From Craspedostauros australis (Eukaryota), in the NCBI GenBank assembly GCA_030167865.1, contig JALAGF010000066.1:62001-85366 (forward strand): a stretch of DNA of 23,366 nucleotides, in the 5' to 3' direction. The position numbers and the translations under genes were made by a program. Every line of letters begins with the position of its first letter. Within the stretch, counting starts at the first letter, position 1. Under the pieces are notes generated by a model. The model ran no database searches and had not been told where the DNA came from. It saw only the letters and a program-made list of their open reading frames with translations. Below are positions 20,901 to 23,366 of the stretch, piece after piece.

Positions 20901-21577
20901 CACTGATCATGGGGCAAGGAGAGCTACCGCACGACCACACCGCAGAATTGAAAGACCAGACCGCGGAAGCAGAAATCCCTCGACTCGCGGTGAAGGGCTG
21001 GGCAGTGAAAACAACGCGCAGCAACGCGGAGTTACCACGGTACGTACTCCAGAAACTGGATGAAATGAGCACGGCAGCCAAAGAGGACCCGAAAAATCGG
21101 CCAACAGAACACGAAGCGCACCGCCGATTGATGGAGGTGGAGGGAACAGAAACTGACTGGTACATCCAGTTGCACGCCAGTCCAATGCGTGTGAAATCGT
21201 ACTTGGCCGCAGCGTACAACAACGCACAGCGCGCAGCAAAGAAAACAACCGCGGCACCAAGCACGACCGACAACAACGCAAAAATGGCATCAATTTCGTC
21301 ACCGTTACCACCCTCACCATCACCACCTACAACAGCAACAGCAACCGCCGCGTCTGTAGCGGAACCATCAGGTACGAAGCAAGCAGAGCAGCAGCATACC
21401 GAAGAAGAGGAAGAGATGGAGGAAGAGGACAGAGAGAACAGAATGTGGTGTGAGGCCAACACCATCAGGAGGCACGCGGAGAACGAAGAGATGGTCCCCG
21501 AAGAAGTGAGGGATGCGATTCGCGCGAGGATGAGACGGAGACTGATGGCGAAAATGGAAAAACAAAATAAGGACTAA
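17945..21577 (+). CDS. DDD transposase, Sola3-like, 1210 aa
   Basis: First ATG at 17945 (the track start at 17813 is TTG). Motifs: WYMAHKVRSKVQ; VVLD(702)HKQKILP...EAQQEYWGKKGMS; QSD(786)NASCF; TEAQTGKGRLD(832)THF; C-terminal GWAVK. These parallel recalled Sola3 motifs (DWAMKxxP..RExQ..WxGKxG, SDNAxxY, GKxxCD, GWALK). The ORF lies inside TIRs. Confidence 0.85.
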   Translation: MSSTAAKASIKGENPSPRKKPRSCVAPLDSPFDSDGNLAPTREQLLPDKLSAGLQKPTDITHAIEVKPMLPVDSNLVPTLAHVDAANLRVDVRLSSAAGVIFDTPTVTLRTVGQGVDAITVVDVNINVPHPVASPAKPTTRASTARHANAVAGAASTRVDVDSDDDYVDGRDRRRKRTGRNRLMQKTARGWRRDALVRVAGLVKSGLSPKLFDCMPKTGFAIGGKHNKQVWCNIKRLWAPIACALWGVLLPKEATPTGQMHEVVQFVRARQPLPPLRLAPNLYRICVGGSKLMHLCARAVLAQSASPPTCTDILTGYVNGLPEEQRVRVHTNRLSVTKSQHNTLHRYHDMLSDGETIPPKVLQYRVTACALSGVVSFLCTTTTYKAGLCHAVEWEGVVFENVPVFDRGGKSVMALFDMYKTTTTNPVGKPAFKEMTKLLTRRGKVNTGLSSFESHFLLAMLTLKRTISRLVTLLKAKYPATNDAEDENDVISQHLRTAESLLYSLELLVVFVKWEFTASHMQMECDDPLHSAQFALTPNEKKKTTTKRSQPTRTRTNKHKLRKKSTRTSDIASATNDTPSITTDIRDITCVTDAAANDTTTDNNEQPHAPTDKHHTGVCNRCAAAMRFVDDRYVPFVTMLMEDHLAEHVTELESMLNAAPGFNNEILWYMAHKVRSKVQFGQIEQYLKNINNREDRAHVVLDHKQKILPTGQGEAQQEYWGKKGMSLLGAMVITCRNDTFTYRFIDIIVKGRPTQDTLQVGGLIEIVQQQVRKILPSVTEIVIQSDNASCFASHEHIPLITSVLNKNLGTRNVPKISAWIYTEAQTGKGRLDTHFAYITVVLRAYVLEDNDIKTEHQLFDALEAGNIAGTTTVLVDAECLEGRVLSFPDMPKKRFCAKGQKVRQTHEIKFGDNEANLVAASGVTDDVLVPCTEWEDWEINQLGVRTIAAHTSEKEPFTAESPKKKKKTRKRGSTAVESKALVFRDALIMGQGELPHDHTAELKDQTAEAEIPRLAVKGWAVKTTRSNAELPRYVLQKLDEMSTAAKEDPKNRPTEHEAHRRLMEVEGTETDWYIQLHASPMRVKSYLAAAYNNAQRAAKKTTAAPSTTDNNAKMASISSPLPPSPSPPTTATATAASVAEPSGTKQAEQQHTEEEEEMEEEDRENRMWCEANTIRRHAENEEMVPEEVRDAIRARMRRRLMAKMEKQNKD

Positions 21578-21696
21578 TTAATTCAAAATGTGAACAAATT
21601 CGCCAAAACGAAGAACACAAACACGTTATTTTGGATCGAACTTGTCGGATGTCTATCGCCCAGTTTAGGAGTAGTCCAAAAATGTGCACATTGACG

Positions 21697-21854
21697 GGTC
21701 CATAAAACTTAAACTATGGACTTTAAGTTTCTGGGTAATTTTCCTGTTGCTATAGACACTATAATGAGTTGATTAGTATGCTTAGTTTGGTTGTAATCGA
21801 AGAAAAAGTGCCACTCTACTTTACCAATGGTAGGTCGACTCACTGACCCGGGTC
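21697..21854 (-). repeat. Right terminal inverted repeat (158 bp)
   Basis: GGTCCATAAAACTTAAA...CACTGACCCGGGTC; reverse complement of the left TIR with 5 mismatches. Confidence 0.97.
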
Positions 21855-22073
21855 ATACACATCGGCAGGATTGCAACCATCACAATGATGATGATGGACC
21901 GTGGCGCATGCATTTTCTGCTCTGCTCCGCGAATACTCACACCGCACTGATTGATTGTATGGTAACCATGCACCACTATTATGTATTATCATATGCATCG
22001 GGCATTCTACGTACTCTTCATGGATGGGAGACGTCGGACAACGTCATCGCCGGATGCGATGTGAGCATCAGCA

Positions 22074-23366
22074 TCAAGCCAAATTCGCCATCATCCACTC
22101 CTCCTCGATCTCGTCAATCTCGTCAATCTCCTCGTTGAACTCCGCCTCCAGCTCATCCTCGGCCAAATCGCTGTCCCACGCCGACTGTCCTCTCAAACGG
22201 CGCGAGGGGCATTTGCTTGGACGGAAACGAAGCTCGGCGATGCATCCGGAACCGGTGTATGACACGCTGGTCTTGTAGATGTTCGAGTGATTGAGCCACA
22301 GGTCGGTGAGGCCGTTGTGGCCGCCCTTGTCCGCATACCTGGTGAGGGACTGGTCGGGGCTGCTGTGGCGCGGGTGGTAGAACTGCATCTTTGGGCGGCT
22401 CTCATCGGCGTCGACGTCCAGGAATCGACTCATCTCTATCTTCACGGCTCCGTGCATGGACGATCTGAAGAAGAAATAGATGCATCCTCCTGGCTTGCCA
22501 ATGTCGTCAGGGCACGTCTTCTTGTCCTCCTGGATGACGAGGACCTTGCCGATGGGGGTAGCGGGGCAGTTGGCGAACTTGTTCACGCCTCCGTTGCGTT
22601 TCAATGGCGCACCATCGCGACCGACACCAGGACCTGGATTTGGGCAGCCGTCGTTGGGGCTTCCGAGATCTGGGTCGCCGTCGTCGCCGCTTCTCCTTGG
22701 GTCACACATGGGGTTGTTGTACAATGCATACTTTGAGTCTGATGTTCTGTACCCAGTCGGTTTGGAGGTGTCGAAGACACGGGCGGCTCCGTAGCGCTGG
22801 TCGCTTCTCCAGTTGCGGCACTGCAATGGGTAATTGGGATTGAAGCTGCAGTAGCAACCAAGCTCACCAGTTTTGCAATTGGATGGGGGTCTGGGTGTGT
22901 ACGCCCTGGAAGACGAGCTGGCGGCGATGATCTTCACACCCTTCGTGTTCCACCATTCGTCGTAGATGAAGCCACCATCTGGAAGGTCGTTGAAGTCGAG
23001 GGTGATCAGCGGGCACACGCCGGGTGGGAGCGTGCAGTCTGGCTTGCATCGAGTGCCGGAGTAGTCATTGCGAGTTCCTTCGTCGCATTCCTCGCCGGGA
23101 TCGACGATGCCATTACCGCATGTGTTTGGAACGGGGATTTCGCAATTGTTGGTGCAGTTGTCGTTGTTGTTGTTGTTGCCATCGTCACACTCTTCTCCGT
23201 TCTGGACGATACCATCACCGCATTTGGGAAGCTTGCAGCCGTTGGTGCAGCCATCAGTGTTGCTGTTGTTACCATCATCACACTCTTCGCCGGCCTGCAT
23301 GAAACCGTCACCACACTTGGCGTTCTTGCAGTTGTTGGTGCAGGAATCAGTGTTGCTGTTGTTGCC
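22074..23366 (-). CDS. Cys-rich repeat protein (Myxococcus Cys-rich/DUF4215-like repeats + C-terminal globular domain + acidic tail), probably extracellular; 5'-partial
   Basis: Frame is open to the window edge (GNNSNTDSCTNNCKNAK...). Three complete CG[D/N]G...GEECD[D/E]G...C...C repeats plus part of a fourth, then RVFDTSKPTG...DPDLGSPN...GKVLVIQE...PDD..GG and RRLRG before an acidic tail. Confidence 0.85.
   Translation of the reverse strand, partial: GNNSNTDSCTNNCKNAKCGDGFMQAGEECDDGNNSNTDGCTNGCKLPKCGDGIVQNGEECDDGNNNNNDNCTNNCEIPVPNTCGNGIVDPGEECDEGTRNDYSGTRCKPDCTLPPGVCPLITLDFNDLPDGGFIYDEWWNTKGVKIIAASSSSRAYTPRPPSNCKTGELGCYCSFNPNYPLQCRNWRSDQRYGAARVFDTSKPTGYRTSDSKYALYNNPMCDPRRSGDDGDPDLGSPNDGCPNPGPGVGRDGAPLKRNGGVNKFANCPATPIGKVLVIQEDKKTCPDDIGKPGGCIYFFFRSSMHGAVKIEMSRFLDVDADESRPKMQFYHPRHSSPDQSLTRYADKGGHNGLTDLWLNHSNIYKTSVSYTGSGCIAELRFRPSKCPSRRLRGQSAWDSDLAEDELEAEFNEEIDEIDEIEEEWMMANLA

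Larger units (their letters stand above)
17289..21854 (+). mobile_element. Autonomous-looking cut-and-paste DNA transposon, Sola3-like, 4566 bp, 4-bp TSD ATAC
   Basis: 158-bp TIRs at both ends. ATAC direct repeat at 17285-17288 and 21855-21858. Single intact transposase-like ORF inside. Confidence 0.93.

Noticed and set aside
20404-21465. Antisense ORFs inside the transposon (353 aa; also 296 aa at 18044-18934)
   Set aside because: No motifs; they look like shadows of the sense ORF.
21578-21696. Fanzor/TnpB cargo or guide RNA at the right end
   Set aside because: Only 119 bp lie between the stop and the TIR; there is no second credible ORF or RuvC motif in the element.
17286-21857. TA target-site duplication (Tc1/mariner-like reading), or a 5-bp CATAC TSD
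   Set aside because: The TA reading needs mismatched terminal bases (C17288/A21855) and the CATAC reading needs asymmetric ends. ATAC gives perfect termini and fits a Sola-like protein.
1-23366. CRISPR array, tRNA or rRNA genes
   Set aside because: No repeat-spacer array or recognisable structural RNA seen by eye; periodic repeats are coding or microsatellites.

Overview
Gene-dense eukaryotic DNA. It is most likely a diatom or related stramenopile (inference from an ASAF-type plastid presequence, an RRL motif and GT-AG introns). Host genes in order: 5'-truncated ER glucosidase II alpha (GH31, +); an acidic disordered orphan protein (-); an RluA-family pseudouridine synthase with a probable plastid presequence (+); MOCS3/UBA4 (-); a 4-exon Pumilio/PUF protein (+); a 2-exon TRIC/TMEM38-like channel (-); and a 5'-truncated Cys-repeat (DUF4215-like) protein (-). 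The main finding is an intact 4,566-bp cut-and-paste DNA transposon at 17289-21854. It has 158-bp terminal inverted repeats (5 mismatches), palindromic GACCCGGGTC tips and a 4-bp ATAC target-site duplication. Its single uninterrupted 1,210-aa ORF carries a D-D-D triad resembling Sola3 transposases, but the termini, TSD and TIR length differ from canonical Sola3. All family assignments come from recalled motifs; no searches were run.
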